Source: Candidatus Kapaibacterium sp.
Lineage (GTDB): Bacteria; Bacteroidota; Ignavibacteria; Kapaibacteriales; UBA2268
Direction: 5' to 3'
DNA length: 64,000 nucleotides
Assembly: GCA_963665665.1 (NCBI GenBank)
Contig: OY762428.1
Location: 1,280,001-1,344,000, forward strand
Shown here: positions 19,238 through 30,018 of the stretch, in pieces
How the letters are laid out: the number at the start of each line of letters is the position of its first letter
Position numbering within the stretch: position 1 is the first letter of the stretch
Notes under the pieces: generated by a model
The model's database searches: none
Seen by the model: only the letters and a program-made list of their open reading frames with translations
Told to the model about the DNA's origin: nothing
Made by a program: the position numbers and the translations under genes

Positions 19238-19344
19238 ATTTTCCTGGAGGCAGAAAATATTTTCCGGGGATTTTTAAAATAAAACAATATTGTTAGCGTT
19301 AGCTAAATATAATATTTGTTACGAATAATTCTTCGGAGATATAA

Positions 19345-19518
19345 ATGGATCAGAATATTTGCCCCAATTGCGGGAACGTAAGAAACCCCAAAAATATAGA
19401 CAGAAGCAGGGATTTGGATAATCCCCGCAGCGAAGATGACATTCCAAATAACTGGCTTTGCCCGGGATGTGGTGTTGACAAACGTGGCTTTGTAGAACTA
19501 AAACTCAACTTCGAATAA
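19345..19518 (+). CDS. Rubredoxin-like protein (57 aa, absent from the ORF track)
   Basis: Hand translation MDQNICPNCGNV...EDDIPNNWLCPGCGVDKRGFVELKLNFE. GGAG RBS upstream and a terminator downstream. Confidence 0.85.
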   Translation: MDQNICPNCGNVRNPKNIDRSRDLDNPRSEDDIPNNWLCPGCGVDKRGFVELKLNFE

Positions 19519-19553
19519 ATTTAAAACTTGGTGATAAGTTCTTCTGATAACTG

Positions 19554-19584
19554 AAAACCCTGCTGGCATGTGCAGGGTTTTTTT
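19554..19584 (+). terminator. Intrinsic terminator after rubredoxin-like gene
   Basis: AAAACCCTGC-loop-GCAGGGTTTTTTT. Confidence 0.8.
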
Positions 19585-19679
19585 ATTTTTCCACAGAATC
19601 CAAATACTCAATCTTTTTATTTAATATTTTTTCAATAATTCCGTAGTTTTGAACTTTTGATGATACATAGAATGGGCTG

Positions 19680-21191
19680 ATGATGACGGATCATAATTAC
19701 ATGCAAAACCCCGATTTGGACAAACCAAGGCCAAACTGCGCCGTGGTTGGTGTTTTTAACCACCCCCAGGCTTCAATAATGAGCTATTATATGCTGCATT
19801 CACTACAGCACCGCGGACAGGAAGCTGCAGGAATTACAACCATATATTATGACGAGCAAAAGAAAAAGAAAAGATTTGCCTATACAAGGGGCGAAGGCCT
19901 GGTATTAGATGTTTTTTCGGAACCGGACACGCTTACCGAAGTCCTGAAAGGCGATTCCGGTATAGGGCATAACCGTTATTCTACTACAGGATCATCTTCA
20001 AGAGCCAATATTCAGCCTTTCAACATGCTTTACCACTCGGGAATTCTTTGCGTGGCTCATAACGGCAATCTTACAAACACAATGGAACTAAGGAAAAAAC
20101 TCCAGAGAGAGGGTGCTATTTTCCAGACAACAACAGATTCAGAGATTTTTATGCACCTGATTGCACACAGCAAAAAGGAAACTCAGATTGACCAGGTAAG
20201 GGAAGCTCTGGAAACAGCCAAAGGAGCTTATTCGCTTTGCATTCTTACAGAAGATTCCCTGATTGCGGCCCGCGACCCGCATGGTGTCCGTCCTCTTTGC
20301 ATTGGCAGAAAAAAAGTTAACGGCGAGTGGGCATATTTTGTTGCTTCGGAATCCTGCGCTTTTGATATTATCAGTGCTGAATATGTCAGGTCGGTAAAGC
20401 ACAATGAGATAGTGGTTATAAACCGAAAAACTGTTGAAACCGGCGAAATGACAACCTATAAAATTATCGAAGAAACACCGGAAGCACATCATTGTATTTT
20501 TGAATATATATATTTCTCTCGTCCGGATAGTAAAATTTTCGAGCATAATGTTGATAAAGTAAGAAGAAAACTTGGCAAGAACTTAGCGGCCGAAAGCCCG
20601 ATAAAAGCTCCTAAAGGAGAAAAAATTACGGTTATACCTGTGCCCGACAGCGGAAACACTGCTACTCTTGGCTATGCTGTTGAGAATAATAAGCACCAGG
20701 GGCCTACCCGCTACGAAATAGGTTTGATAAGAAGCCACTATGTTGGACGAACATTTATTGCGCCGGGGCAGGACAATCGGGAATTCAAAGTGAAAGTGAA
20801 ATTCAATGTGGTTAAGGGAGTTATAAAAAACAGAAATATTGTTGTAATGGACGACTCTATAGTTCGTGGCACAACTTCAAAATCGCTTATTAAGCTGATA
20901 AAAGATGCCGGCCCTAATTGCGTTCATTGCAAAATCACTTCACCGCCAATAAAATACCCTTGTTTCTATGGTATGGACTTCCCGAGCAGGGAAGAACTTA
21001 TTGCCAATCACTACAAGGATCAGGATGCAATAGCAGAAGCAATCGGTGTTGATTCCCTGCACTACCTTACACTTGATACTTTGCTGAAATCTGTTCCAAA
21101 GGATGAAGGCGTATCATACTGCACAGCCTGCTTTAATGGTGATTATCCCATTCCGGTGAATGGAGAGGTAAACAAAGATTCGGCGGAATGA
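19680..21191 (+). CDS. purF: Amidophosphoribosyltransferase (propeptide/Fe-S type)
   Basis: LQHRGQE, GHNRYSTTG, HNGN, VMDDSIVRGTT, plus CIFE / PCFYG / CTACF cysteines. Confidence 0.96.
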   Translation: MMTDHNYMQNPDLDKPRPNCAVVGVFNHPQASIMSYYMLHSLQHRGQEAAGITTIYYDEQKKKKRFAYTRGEGLVLDVFSEPDTLTEVLKGDSGIGHNRYSTTGSSSRANIQPFNMLYHSGILCVAHNGNLTNTMELRKKLQREGAIFQTTTDSEIFMHLIAHSKKETQIDQVREALETAKGAYSLCILTEDSLIAARDPHGVRPLCIGRKKVNGEWAYFVASESCAFDIISAEYVRSVKHNEIVVINRKTVETGEMTTYKIIEETPEAHHCIFEYIYFSRPDSKIFEHNVDKVRRKLGKNLAAESPIKAPKGEKITVIPVPDSGNTATLGYAVENNKHQGPTRYEIGLIRSHYVGRTFIAPGQDNREFKVKVKFNVVKGVIKNRNIVVMDDSIVRGTTSKSLIKLIKDAGPNCVHCKITSPPIKYPCFYGMDFPSREELIANHYKDQDAIAEAIGVDSLHYLTLDTLLKSVPKDEGVSYCTACFNGDYPIPVNGEVNKDSAE

Positions 21192-21370
21192 TAGCTTGAA
21201 TATTTTAAATTTAATTTTTAAATATTATCTCCTTTCAAAATTAGCTGAAAGGAGATTTTTACATTCAGAAAAAACTATGTTGAACAACTCTCAAATTCTC
21301 ATCATTGTAATATGGCGTGATATTATTAATTTGTAAGCCTGAAAATTTTAATTTTAATAAATGAAATTTA

Positions 21371-22792
21371 ATGCTTTTTAATTCTTATACATTTATTGCA
21401 TTTTTTATTATTGTTATCAGCCTGCATTATCTCGTTAAAAACTGGCAGGTAAACAAAACTGTATTGCTTGTTGCAAGCTACATGTTCTATGCTGCCTGGA
21501 ATCCGCCTTTCGTGATATTATTGTGGGTTTCAACCCTTGCGGACTGGTTCCTGGCAAGGCGTATCCATGTGGAAGACAGTAAATCAAGAAAAAAAATATT
21601 CCTTGCCGGAAGCCTGATTGTAAACCTCGGGCTGCTGTCATTTTTTAAGTACGGCGGTTTTCTTGTTGATAATTTTTCAGCTTTTATGGCTTTAATCGGG
21701 GTTAATTACCAGCCTGCCGCACCCGATATTATCCTTCCCGTCGGCATATCATTTTATACATTTCAGACATTGTCATATACAATAGATATCTATAAAGGAA
21801 AAGGCAAACCCTGGCATTCATTCCTTGACTACGCGCTATATGTTACATTTTTCCCACAGCTTGTAGCAGGGCCAATAGTCCGTGCATTTGACTTTCTGCC
21901 CCAATGTGAAAAAAAGAAAGAATTCAAATCCTCCAATCTTTCCTGGGGAATGTATCATTTTGTGATTGGCCTTTTTCTGAAAATTGTTGTTGCCGACGGC
22001 CTTCTTGCTCCGATAGCCGAGCAGATATACTCAAATCCCGCGCAGCCAGATACAATCAGCGCTTATGCCGGTACTTTTGCCTTTGCCGGGCAGATATTTG
22101 CTGATTTTTCAGGATATTCCACCTGTGCTATTGGAATTGCAATGACCCTTGGTTTTATCCTGCCGGAAAACTTCCGCTATCCCTACGCTGCAATCGGCTT
22201 TTCGGATTTCTGGAGGCGCTGGCATATTTCACTTTCTTCCTGGCTGAGGGATTATCTTTATATATCCATGGGCGGCAACAGGAAAGGCAATGTTAGAACT
22301 TACATTAACCTTTCAGCTACTATGCTGCTTGGCGGCCTGTGGCACGGAGCTTCATGGACCTTTGTTGTATGGGGCGGGCTGCACGGCTTTTACCTGATAG
22401 TAGAGAGGCTGCTGCGCAAAGTAATTCCGGCCGGTAAAATATGGGAAAGAAAACCGGTTAAAGTAATTCTTGCACTTTTCACCTTCTGGCTGGTGTGCAT
22501 AACATGGGTGTTTTTCAGGGCTGATACATTTACCCACGCATTCGATATTATCGAATCGATGTTCGGACTTCAGAATGCAAGTATGCTCAGCCTGAGGCTT
22601 AAGGATCTGGCAATTTCATATTTTGCTACAATTGTTATCTTAATTATCCATTGGAATATGAGGGATACAAGTGTGCGCCGGGTTACAGAAAAAATGCCGG
22701 CGTTCCTTAGAATAATTATCTTAGCTGCCATGCTTCTCGCTATTGTTACACTTTCCGGAGACGACCGTGCCTTCATCTATTTCCAGTTCTGA
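21371..22792 (+). CDS. MBOAT family O-acyltransferase (AlgI/DltB-like)
   Basis: LPVGISFYTFQ, FFPQLVAGPI, DFSGYS, FWRRWHISLSSWLRDY and GLWHGA motifs. Confidence 0.93.
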   Translation: MLFNSYTFIAFFIIVISLHYLVKNWQVNKTVLLVASYMFYAAWNPPFVILLWVSTLADWFLARRIHVEDSKSRKKIFLAGSLIVNLGLLSFFKYGGFLVDNFSAFMALIGVNYQPAAPDIILPVGISFYTFQTLSYTIDIYKGKGKPWHSFLDYALYVTFFPQLVAGPIVRAFDFLPQCEKKKEFKSSNLSWGMYHFVIGLFLKIVVADGLLAPIAEQIYSNPAQPDTISAYAGTFAFAGQIFADFSGYSTCAIGIAMTLGFILPENFRYPYAAIGFSDFWRRWHISLSSWLRDYLYISMGGNRKGNVRTYINLSATMLLGGLWHGASWTFVVWGGLHGFYLIVERLLRKVIPAGKIWERKPVKVILALFTFWLVCITWVFFRADTFTHAFDIIESMFGLQNASMLSLRLKDLAISYFATIVILIIHWNMRDTSVRRVTEKMPAFLRIIILAAMLLAIVTLSGDDRAFIYFQF

Positions 22793-22796
22793 GCCA

Positions 22797-23798
22797 ATGA
22801 AATTATCAGGTAAGATTTGGTTGACAGCAATAGCTTCATCTTTGTTGGTATTGATTGGCATGGAAATTTTTTTCAGAGCTATGGGTTATCCTACAGTTAT
22901 AACCGATGATGCCGCACTATGGTCATTGGAAAGGGACAAACTGGGAAAAAGCCCGAAAGAATTTGTTCTTATAGGGGCATCAAGAATTCAGCTGGGTTTT
23001 GATATGCAGCTTTTCAGGGAAAAATATCCGGATTATAATATTATCAACCTGGCTATTGACGGCAGCAATCCCAAACTGACTTTGGAAGCACTGGCAAAAG
23101 ATGAGGATTTCTGTGGAATAGTTCTTTGCAGCATAAACGAGGCTGCTATTCTGAATGCCGATCCGGGACGCAGCCAGGCATATCATAACAATTATTACAG
23201 GAACAATTATAATCTTAATACAAGGATAAACCGTGAAATATCTACATTTTTACAGAAAAACCTTGTACTTGCCAATCCGCTTTTTAACCCTGTGAACTTT
23301 GCCGAATCATGGATATCTCTTGGGGAAATGCCTTCCGAAAATTATCTTAAAACATTCGAAGACAGAAGCAGAAGAGCCGATTACACCCTGGTTGATATTA
23401 AGAAACACCGACGGCAGAGAATTGATATTGAACTTAAATATCTAAAATTTATTGAAAGTAAACTATCTATTGAGAAATTTCATAAGGGAACCTCTGTTCT
23501 CAGGAAATATTCAGAAATGATCAGAAATCGGGGTGGGGTAGTTCTTTTTATTCGCTATCCCACATCCGATGCACTGTTTGAAAGGGAAAATGAACTTTTC
23601 CCGCGAAATGAATTTTGGGATTACTTCGGGGATAATGTAGGGGCTCCCTGCATTTACTTTGCAGATTATCCGGAATTATCGAAATTTAAACTTCCTGAAA
23701 CATCACATCTTGATCAGAGGGATGTTTCGGAATTTACCGAATCAATAATTTCAATTCTTGAGAAAGAAAAAATATTTGATCGAAAGGGAACGAAATAG
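22797..23798 (+). CDS. Membrane-anchored SGNH-like MBOAT partner protein
   Basis: N-terminal TM, IGASR, INLAIDG and C-terminal ETSHL. Starts 4 bp after the MBOAT gene. Confidence 0.65.
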   Translation: MKLSGKIWLTAIASSLLVLIGMEIFFRAMGYPTVITDDAALWSLERDKLGKSPKEFVLIGASRIQLGFDMQLFREKYPDYNIINLAIDGSNPKLTLEALAKDEDFCGIVLCSINEAAILNADPGRSQAYHNNYYRNNYNLNTRINREISTFLQKNLVLANPLFNPVNFAESWISLGEMPSENYLKTFEDRSRRADYTLVDIKKHRRQRIDIELKYLKFIESKLSIEKFHKGTSVLRKYSEMIRNRGGVVLFIRYPTSDALFERENELFPRNEFWDYFGDNVGAPCIYFADYPELSKFKLPETSHLDQRDVSEFTESIISILEKEKIFDRKGTK

Positions 23799-24066
23799 AT
23801 TTTTCTCAGTTATACTTATAGAGTGATGATTATTTGAAAACCTAACTTACAATAATTTGTAACCTTTTTTGTTGTTTATGTGTCTCACAAACCGAGGCTG
23901 AGGTGAAATTGCGAAAGTTTTATTATATTATTTAGCTGTTTTTGTTAAAAAATTGTTAAGAAATTATATTAAAAATGTAAATTTACTTGATTGTATATAA
24001 TTTAAGAGTTAATTTTGTCCGAAATTGATAATTGTTTTATTGTTTTATATAAATCTTGGAGTTAAG

Positions 24067-26070
24067 ATGAAAAAATTAATTTACGCTATTGCACTCATCG
24101 TGCTTCCTTTAAGCATCTTTGCTAAGGACATGATGGTAAGCAATGCTCCGGACCTCAATAACATTGAGATCAAAACACAGTACATGAAGGATATTGACAC
24201 AAAAGATCACCTTCCGACAATTTTGGGTAAATACAACCCTGCATTTTCTTCTGGAAGCGGTTTCTGGGGTGCTTATTTCAACTCAACACCTATTGCTTAT
24301 GATGCAACTTCAGGCATGACTTTTATTGCTGACTCACCTTATGGTTTGAAAGAAGACGATGATGAGATAATGACTGGTTTCATCCGTATTCACTATACAG
24401 CAGATGGCACAAACTTCACACAGATGGACGTATTCGAAGAACAGGGAACTATTTGTGTTAACCCGTCGATTGCAGTTCTCAATCCAAACGGAAGTTCAAA
24501 CCCGGCAGAAATGAACTATCTGATAACAACAAGGGTTTACAAATGGGACGGCCAGCAGTATGGTTATAATGGCGGTTTTTATCTTTTCATTACACCCGAC
24601 GGCGTGGAGAACTTTGAAATTGACGGCCCCGGCACAGGCTATATGTGGTCGATTATGAATACAGTATCTTACCAGGGCGAAGACGAAGGTTATGCATATA
24701 ATACTTCAACTCTTAGCAATGCTGACGGATACCAGTATGGCGCTTATGGCTTCTCAGGTGTTTATTTCGATTCAGACAACGCTTTTGATTTCACTTCTCT
24801 TGATATTCCGAGCCAGTGGTCAACATCCAAATTCCGTTCTTCAGACGGAGGCCTTGGTTCATCTTACAACGGCCCGATGGATATCGACGTTGATGAAGCA
24901 GGTAATGTGTATGTAGCTGTAAACAATATGTTCATTGAAAATCAGGATGCCCGCGTACCTGGTGTTTCAAAATCAACTGACCTTGGCCAGACATGGTCTG
25001 ATTTCGATCAGATGCCCAGCTCACTGCTTACAACTCTTATCGATGAATTAGGCCAGGATCCAAACGCTGAAGGCGTTGCAATTCCCGGTTCTATGCCTTA
25101 CTCCGCTAATGGTTTCGTTGTTACAGGCGAAGACGAATTCAGCATGGCATACAGGATAATCGTATGGGAAACAGATCCTGATGATCCCGAAAATCAGATT
25201 GGTACTCCTCACCTTGTTGAGGCATATAAAAAAGCCGGCGCATGGGGCGTTCGTGAAATTACCACATACAGATACCGCGATCCTTACGTTATCCAGAATC
25301 AGGGCTCGGGCGATGTACTGTTTGATTCTCTTATATCAAATAACAGGGCACACGAAGTTCAGTTAGCCAAAACTGCTGACGGCGAAGGTATCATCGTAAA
25401 ATGGATGCAGGAAGAATTTGATGAAGAAACTGAAAAATATGTAATTCTTGATCCTAACAAAAAAGGCCTTGGCGGCTGGGATGGCGATTTCTTCCCGGAT
25501 ACAATGTGGACTTCCGATATTCATGGTGCTTTCAGGGCTCATGGTGATAATGCCTGGGGACCTGCAATAAATATTACAGACGACAACCAGTTTAACAAAC
25601 TTTCATGGATTCCTAAAGTTGTTCCGAATGCAATCGCTGCACCAGTTCTAACATATATGACAAGGGAATATCAGGCAACTTCAACAAGTGATCGTAAAGA
25701 TTATGATCCGCATATCATGCAGATGATAATTGACGGTGGCCAGGATGCATACCTTGGAATGTGGAACTTTAAAACTGTTGGCGTTGAAGTAAATACACAG
25801 GCATTCAACTTCTCACTTAAAGACGCTGTTCCGAATCCTGTTGTAAATAACATTACTGAAATAGGTTTTGTTCTTGACAGAGATGCCAACGTTCAGATGG
25901 ATCTTTACAATGCTGTTGGCCAGAGGGTTCAGAGCCTTCTTAACAGCCATCAGTTTGAAGGCGTACACGTTGTAAATGTAAACACAGAAAATCTTTCCTC
26001 AGGTGTTTATTATTACACACTTACAGTTGAAGGCCAGTCTGTAACAAAGATGTTTGTTGTTAACCGTTAA
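24067..26070 (+). CDS. Secreted acidic protein with BNR/Asp-box and T9SS-type C-terminal domain
   Basis: Signal peptide, SKSTDLGQTWS Asp-box, C-terminal AVPNP...LSSGVYYY...TKMFVVNR. Confidence 0.85.
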   Translation: MKKLIYAIALIVLPLSIFAKDMMVSNAPDLNNIEIKTQYMKDIDTKDHLPTILGKYNPAFSSGSGFWGAYFNSTPIAYDATSGMTFIADSPYGLKEDDDEIMTGFIRIHYTADGTNFTQMDVFEEQGTICVNPSIAVLNPNGSSNPAEMNYLITTRVYKWDGQQYGYNGGFYLFITPDGVENFEIDGPGTGYMWSIMNTVSYQGEDEGYAYNTSTLSNADGYQYGAYGFSGVYFDSDNAFDFTSLDIPSQWSTSKFRSSDGGLGSSYNGPMDIDVDEAGNVYVAVNNMFIENQDARVPGVSKSTDLGQTWSDFDQMPSSLLTTLIDELGQDPNAEGVAIPGSMPYSANGFVVTGEDEFSMAYRIIVWETDPDDPENQIGTPHLVEAYKKAGAWGVREITTYRYRDPYVIQNQGSGDVLFDSLISNNRAHEVQLAKTADGEGIIVKWMQEEFDEETEKYVILDPNKKGLGGWDGDFFPDTMWTSDIHGAFRAHGDNAWGPAINITDDNQFNKLSWIPKVVPNAIAAPVLTYMTREYQATSTSDRKDYDPHIMQMIIDGGQDAYLGMWNFKTVGVEVNTQAFNFSLKDAVPNPVVNNITEIGFVLDRDANVQMDLYNAVGQRVQSLLNSHQFEGVHVVNVNTENLSSGVYYYTLTVEGQSVTKMFVVNR

Positions 26071-26091
26071 TCTAAAAGATATATAAATATC

Positions 26092-26121
26092 AAAAGGCCG
26101 CGATCTTCGCGGCCTTTTTTT
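26092..26121. terminator. Intrinsic terminator (possibly bidirectional)
   Basis: AAAAGGCCGCGA-TCT-TCGCGGCCTTTTTTT. Confidence 0.85.
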
Positions 26122-26129
26122 ATTCTTCC

Positions 26130-26440
26130 CCGGGAACAGGCATTTCTGAAAGAAAATGACATTCTGAACGAGCTTGCGACTGAAGAATCCATTTTCGTTT
26201 GCAGATAATGTATGAAGAATGTGGCCGGGGGGAGGTAGGAAGGGTCGAAAGCAAAGAACCAAAGTTTTAACCTATTGCTGCCTTGATCCAAATCAAAGCA
26301 AGAAAACCACCCCTTTAATCCCCTCCAAGGGAGGGGAATTTTTCCGGAATTTGTCGGCGCCGGCGGTGGGCAGTTACCTCCCAAGCGGGTATTGGGAAAG
26401 AGGTAGAAAGACAGACCGTATGTATTACCCGGATACCGGA
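26130..26440. repeat. Short third copy of the modular REP/21-mer element
   Basis: Segments match 1079-1095, the reverse complement of 12835-12891, the reverse complement of 12973-13013, the reverse complement of 11380-11400 and the reverse complement of 11323-11367. Confidence 0.8.
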
Positions 26441-26541
26441 TTTCTGGAAATTATATATAAGTGGAATTACGACAGAGATTAGAATACAAAAAAAGGAGCC
26501 CCGGTATTGGAACTCCTTCAATAAAACAAATTTTATGTTTA

Positions 26542-27930
26542 TCAGCTGTTCATACCCATAAGGAAATCGCGGTTCGAGCGTGTGCCCTTGATCCTCTTGA
26601 GCAGGAATTCCATAGCTTCCATAGGCTGCATATCTGCAAGAACTTTCCTGAGAACCCATACCCGCTTAAGCTCGTCTTTCGGCATAAGTAGGTCTTCCCG
26701 CCTTGTGCCGGATTTATTAACATCCATGGCAGGATAGATTCTCCTGTCAGAAACACGGCGGTCAAGCACGAGTTCAAGGTTACCTGTACCTTTGAATTCT
26801 TCAAAGATAACTTCGTCCATTCTTGAACCTGTTTCGATAAGAGCGGTAGCAATAATCGTCAGCGATCCGCCTTCCTCGATATTCCTGGCAGCACCAAAGA
26901 AGCGTTTGGGTTTGTGCAATGCATTGGCATCCACACCACCGGAAAGAATCTTGCCGGAATGAGGGATAACAGTGTTATGAGCCCTGGCAAGCCTGGTTAG
27001 CGAATCCAGAAGGATAACCACATCCTGGCCTGTTTCTGCAAGCCTTTTTGCTTTTTCAAGAACCATTTCAGCTACCTGAACGTGTCTCTCGGGCGGCTCA
27101 TCAAATGTGGAGGCCAATACTTCGGCACGTACATTTCTCTCCATATCGGTAACCTCTTCAGGCCTTTCGTCAATCAGAAGCACGATAAGTTTTACATCCG
27201 GATGGTTTGCGCTAATACTGTTAGCGGTTTGCTGCAGAAGGATTGTTTTACCTGATTTGGGCGGAGCAACTATCAGCCCGCGCTGCCCTTTACCAACGGG
27301 GCAAAGCATATCGACTATTCGCATTGAATATTCGTTCGGCTTTACTTCAAGTTTAAATTTTTCCTGGGGGTAAAACGGGGTCAGGTTATCGAACCTTGTT
27401 CTCTCGCGAACATACTCCGGATCCATGTAATTGACTGTATCAATTTTAAGGAGTGCAAAAAAACGCTCGCCCTCTTTCGGGGGCCTTACCTGCCCGCGAA
27501 TAGTATCACCGGTTTTAAGCATAAATTTTTTAATCTGGGATGGCGATACATAAATATCATCAGGAGAAGAAAGATAGTTGTAATCAGATGAACGGAGGAA
27601 TCCATAACCGTCAGGAAGAACTTCCAGCACTCCTCCGCTTGTTATCAATCCGTCAACGGATTTAATTTCCTTATGCTGTTTGTTCTGAGACTCAACGATC
27701 TTTACAATCAGCTCCTGCTTTCTCAGGTTTGAAAGGTCTGCAATTCCCAGTTCTTTGGCAATTTTGGTTAATTCAGCAATTTTTTTTGATTTCAGCTCAG
27801 CGATGTCTATCAGTGGTTCGGGAATCGGAATTTCTTCCGGCTCCTGATCTACCATAGTCATATCATCAAACGGCAATTGCTTTTCCTTTACCGGTTTTTC
27901 TTTTGGCTTACGTTTTTTAAACGTTTTCAT
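26542..27930 (-). CDS. rho: Transcription termination factor Rho
   Basis: [36 protein letters not shown] and FEEFKGTGN motifs. Confidence 0.98.
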   Translation of the reverse strand: MKTFKKRKPKEKPVKEKQLPFDDMTMVDQEPEEIPIPEPLIDIAELKSKKIAELTKIAKELGIADLSNLRKQELIVKIVESQNKQHKEIKSVDGLITSGGVLEVLPDGYGFLRSSDYNYLSSPDDIYVSPSQIKKFMLKTGDTIRGQVRPPKEGERFFALLKIDTVNYMDPEYVRERTRFDNLTPFYPQEKFKLEVKPNEYSMRIVDMLCPVGKGQRGLIVAPPKSGKTILLQQTANSISANHPDVKLIVLLIDERPEEVTDMERNVRAEVLASTFDEPPERHVQVAEMVLEKAKRLAETGQDVVILLDSLTRLARAHNTVIPHSGKILSGGVDANALHKPKRFFGAARNIEEGGSLTIIATALIETGSRMDEVIFEEFKGTGNLELVLDRRVSDRRIYPAMDVNKSGTRREDLLMPKDELKRVWVLRKVLADMQPMEAMEFLLKRIKGTRSNRDFLMGMNS

Positions 27931-28252
27931 ATTGTTTTTTCCGAATTTTTGTGAATTATTAAGTGTATGATAATTTCGAAGTGATTTTAAGCTGGTAAAT
28001 TGTGATAAGTTATATATTTCAGTTACTTAAAGCGAAGTCGCTTAAAATAAAAATTTATTGTAAAAAATATTGCTATTGCTCAATATAGTCAAATATCCTA
28101 TATTGTTTTTCCGGAAATCATAAAAAAATCAAATAACGCGGTTGAGATAGAAGTAATTAACAGATATGCTCTTACATTCAGGTACAAAATTAAATTATTT
28201 ATATCATTTATGCAAATTCTTAACGCTAATAGTTTTAATTTTAAAAAATATT

Positions 28253-29572
28253 TCAGGGAAACAGTTCCAATTGGATACCAAAATCTTTCAAGGATTCAAT
28301 TACACCTGCTTTTGCTTCAGGAAGTTCGCCCCAATTGGTTGTATATCTGCCCGAGAGTTTGTCCCGGCGCATATTCCAGTTCCTGCCGGTGCCGGATGAA
28401 GCGTGAAAAATCGTTTCCCTGCCATAGATTGCATTTACTTTATCCACAATTTCTGTTATACGTGCCATTCTTTTCCTGTCCTCTGTTTCAAAAAGGGACA
28501 TCTGCGAACTGTCGTGCGGCACAAGGCCGCTAAGCATAACGCCCACTTTCTGGTATTCATATCCTTCCCGGTATATCTGTTCCAGGGATTTCATCGCATA
28601 AAACAGCAATTCGGAAGTTGAAGATGCCGGAACAGGCATCTGTGCCTGGCAGCCATTGTGGTACTGAGGTTTTTCCTTGCGGAATGGGTTGGTTCGCAGG
28701 AAAACAGCAAGCAATGTGGCTGCTGATTTTTGCTGACGCATCTTTTCTGCTGCTTTGCTTGTGAATAATGAAATGGCTTCTTTCAAATCATTCAATTCTG
28801 TTACATACCTGCCAAATGACCGGGAGGATACAATAGCTTTTTTTGCAGGGGGTGTATATTCCATTTCAATACATGATATTCCCCGTAATTCCAGTACTGT
28901 TCTTAAACCCATAACCGTCATTTTCTTTTTTACCCAGTATTCGTTTGCTTTGGAAAGCTCCCAGGCATTATTTATTCCGTTCTTGTTCAATAGTTTAGAA
29001 TATTGCCTTCCTATTCCCCAAACATCCGAAACATCTGTCCATTTCAGATATTTGTCTATATCCGGGGCATCCGAAATATTGAGCGCTCCATTGCATTCGG
29101 GATGTTTCTTCGCATAGCGGTTGGCGATTTTAGCAAGTGTTTTCGTCCGGGCAACTCCCACTGAAACCGGTATGCCCGTCCAGCGATAGACGGTTTCGCG
29201 GATTTCGCTGGCATAATCATCAAGGTTTCCGTTTATACCCTCCAGGCTTACAAAGGCTTCATCTATAGAATATATTTCCACATCAGGTGAAAACTGTTCC
29301 AGGGTATCCATTACTCTTCGCGACATATCTCCGTAAAGAGTATAATTTGAAGAAAATACCCTTACATCATGTTTTTTTATAAAGGGTTTGATCTTGAAAA
29401 GCGGCTCACCCATTTTAACGCCAATTTCCTTAGCCTCATTCGACCGTGCAATGATCATACCGTCATTATTTGAAAGGACAACAATAGGCTTGTTCCTGAG
29501 CGCCGGGTTGAAAACCCTTTCGCAGGAAGCATAAAAATTATTGCAGTCAACAAGGGCTACAGGTCCTTTCAT
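28253..29572 (-). CDS. umuC: Y-family DNA polymerase (UmuC-like, C-terminal DUF4113-like tail)
   Basis: VDCNNFYASCE, VLSNNDG, SSNYTLYGDMS, YSIDEAF and W.MRR..LS.RYTT.W motifs. Confidence 0.9.
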   Translation of the reverse strand: MKGPVALVDCNNFYASCERVFNPALRNKPIVVLSNNDGMIIARSNEAKEIGVKMGEPLFKIKPFIKKHDVRVFSSNYTLYGDMSRRVMDTLEQFSPDVEIYSIDEAFVSLEGINGNLDDYASEIRETVYRWTGIPVSVGVARTKTLAKIANRYAKKHPECNGALNISDAPDIDKYLKWTDVSDVWGIGRQYSKLLNKNGINNAWELSKANEYWVKKKMTVMGLRTVLELRGISCIEMEYTPPAKKAIVSSRSFGRYVTELNDLKEAISLFTSKAAEKMRQQKSAATLLAVFLRTNPFRKEKPQYHNGCQAQMPVPASSTSELLFYAMKSLEQIYREGYEYQKVGVMLSGLVPHDSSQMSLFETEDRKRMARITEIVDKVNAIYGRETIFHASSGTGRNWNMRRDKLSGRYTTNWGELPEAKAGVIESLKDFGIQLELFP

Positions 29573-30018
29573 TAAGTTTTGCCTTTGGTTTTTTAATTAA
29601 ATAAGTATACTCTGGATAAAAAAATGAAATCAATAATAAATTCAAATGTTCCCGATAAATGGCATCCCTGAAAAAGATACCTGAAAAAAAAGACGGCACA
29701 GTATCCGGAATATTAAAACGGCATCTGTTTCAGGTTTTTGTCAGTGCCGCTAATTCAACGGGAATTTATTAAATTTTTACAAAAACCAGTACAAAAATAC
29801 TAAAAAACAATTACGCCAACAGGTATCATTCTATAATGTATCACGATATTCATGCACTGAGGGACGAAATTAAAATCCAGATAGTCATCAATTGTAATGA
29901 TTAAGTTCCCAAATTCAAATACGAAATGGTTCAACTTGGCAGGCTTATTAAATTTGTGGGCCGCAAATATTATTCATCAATTTTATGATCAGTTAAATTC
30001 AGTGCATATTGGTACAAA

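Noticed and set aside
19680-19760. PurF N-terminus reads NCAVVG instead of the usual CG(V/I)
   Set aside because: The catalytic Cys and all other motifs are intact, so this is likely ordinary variation.
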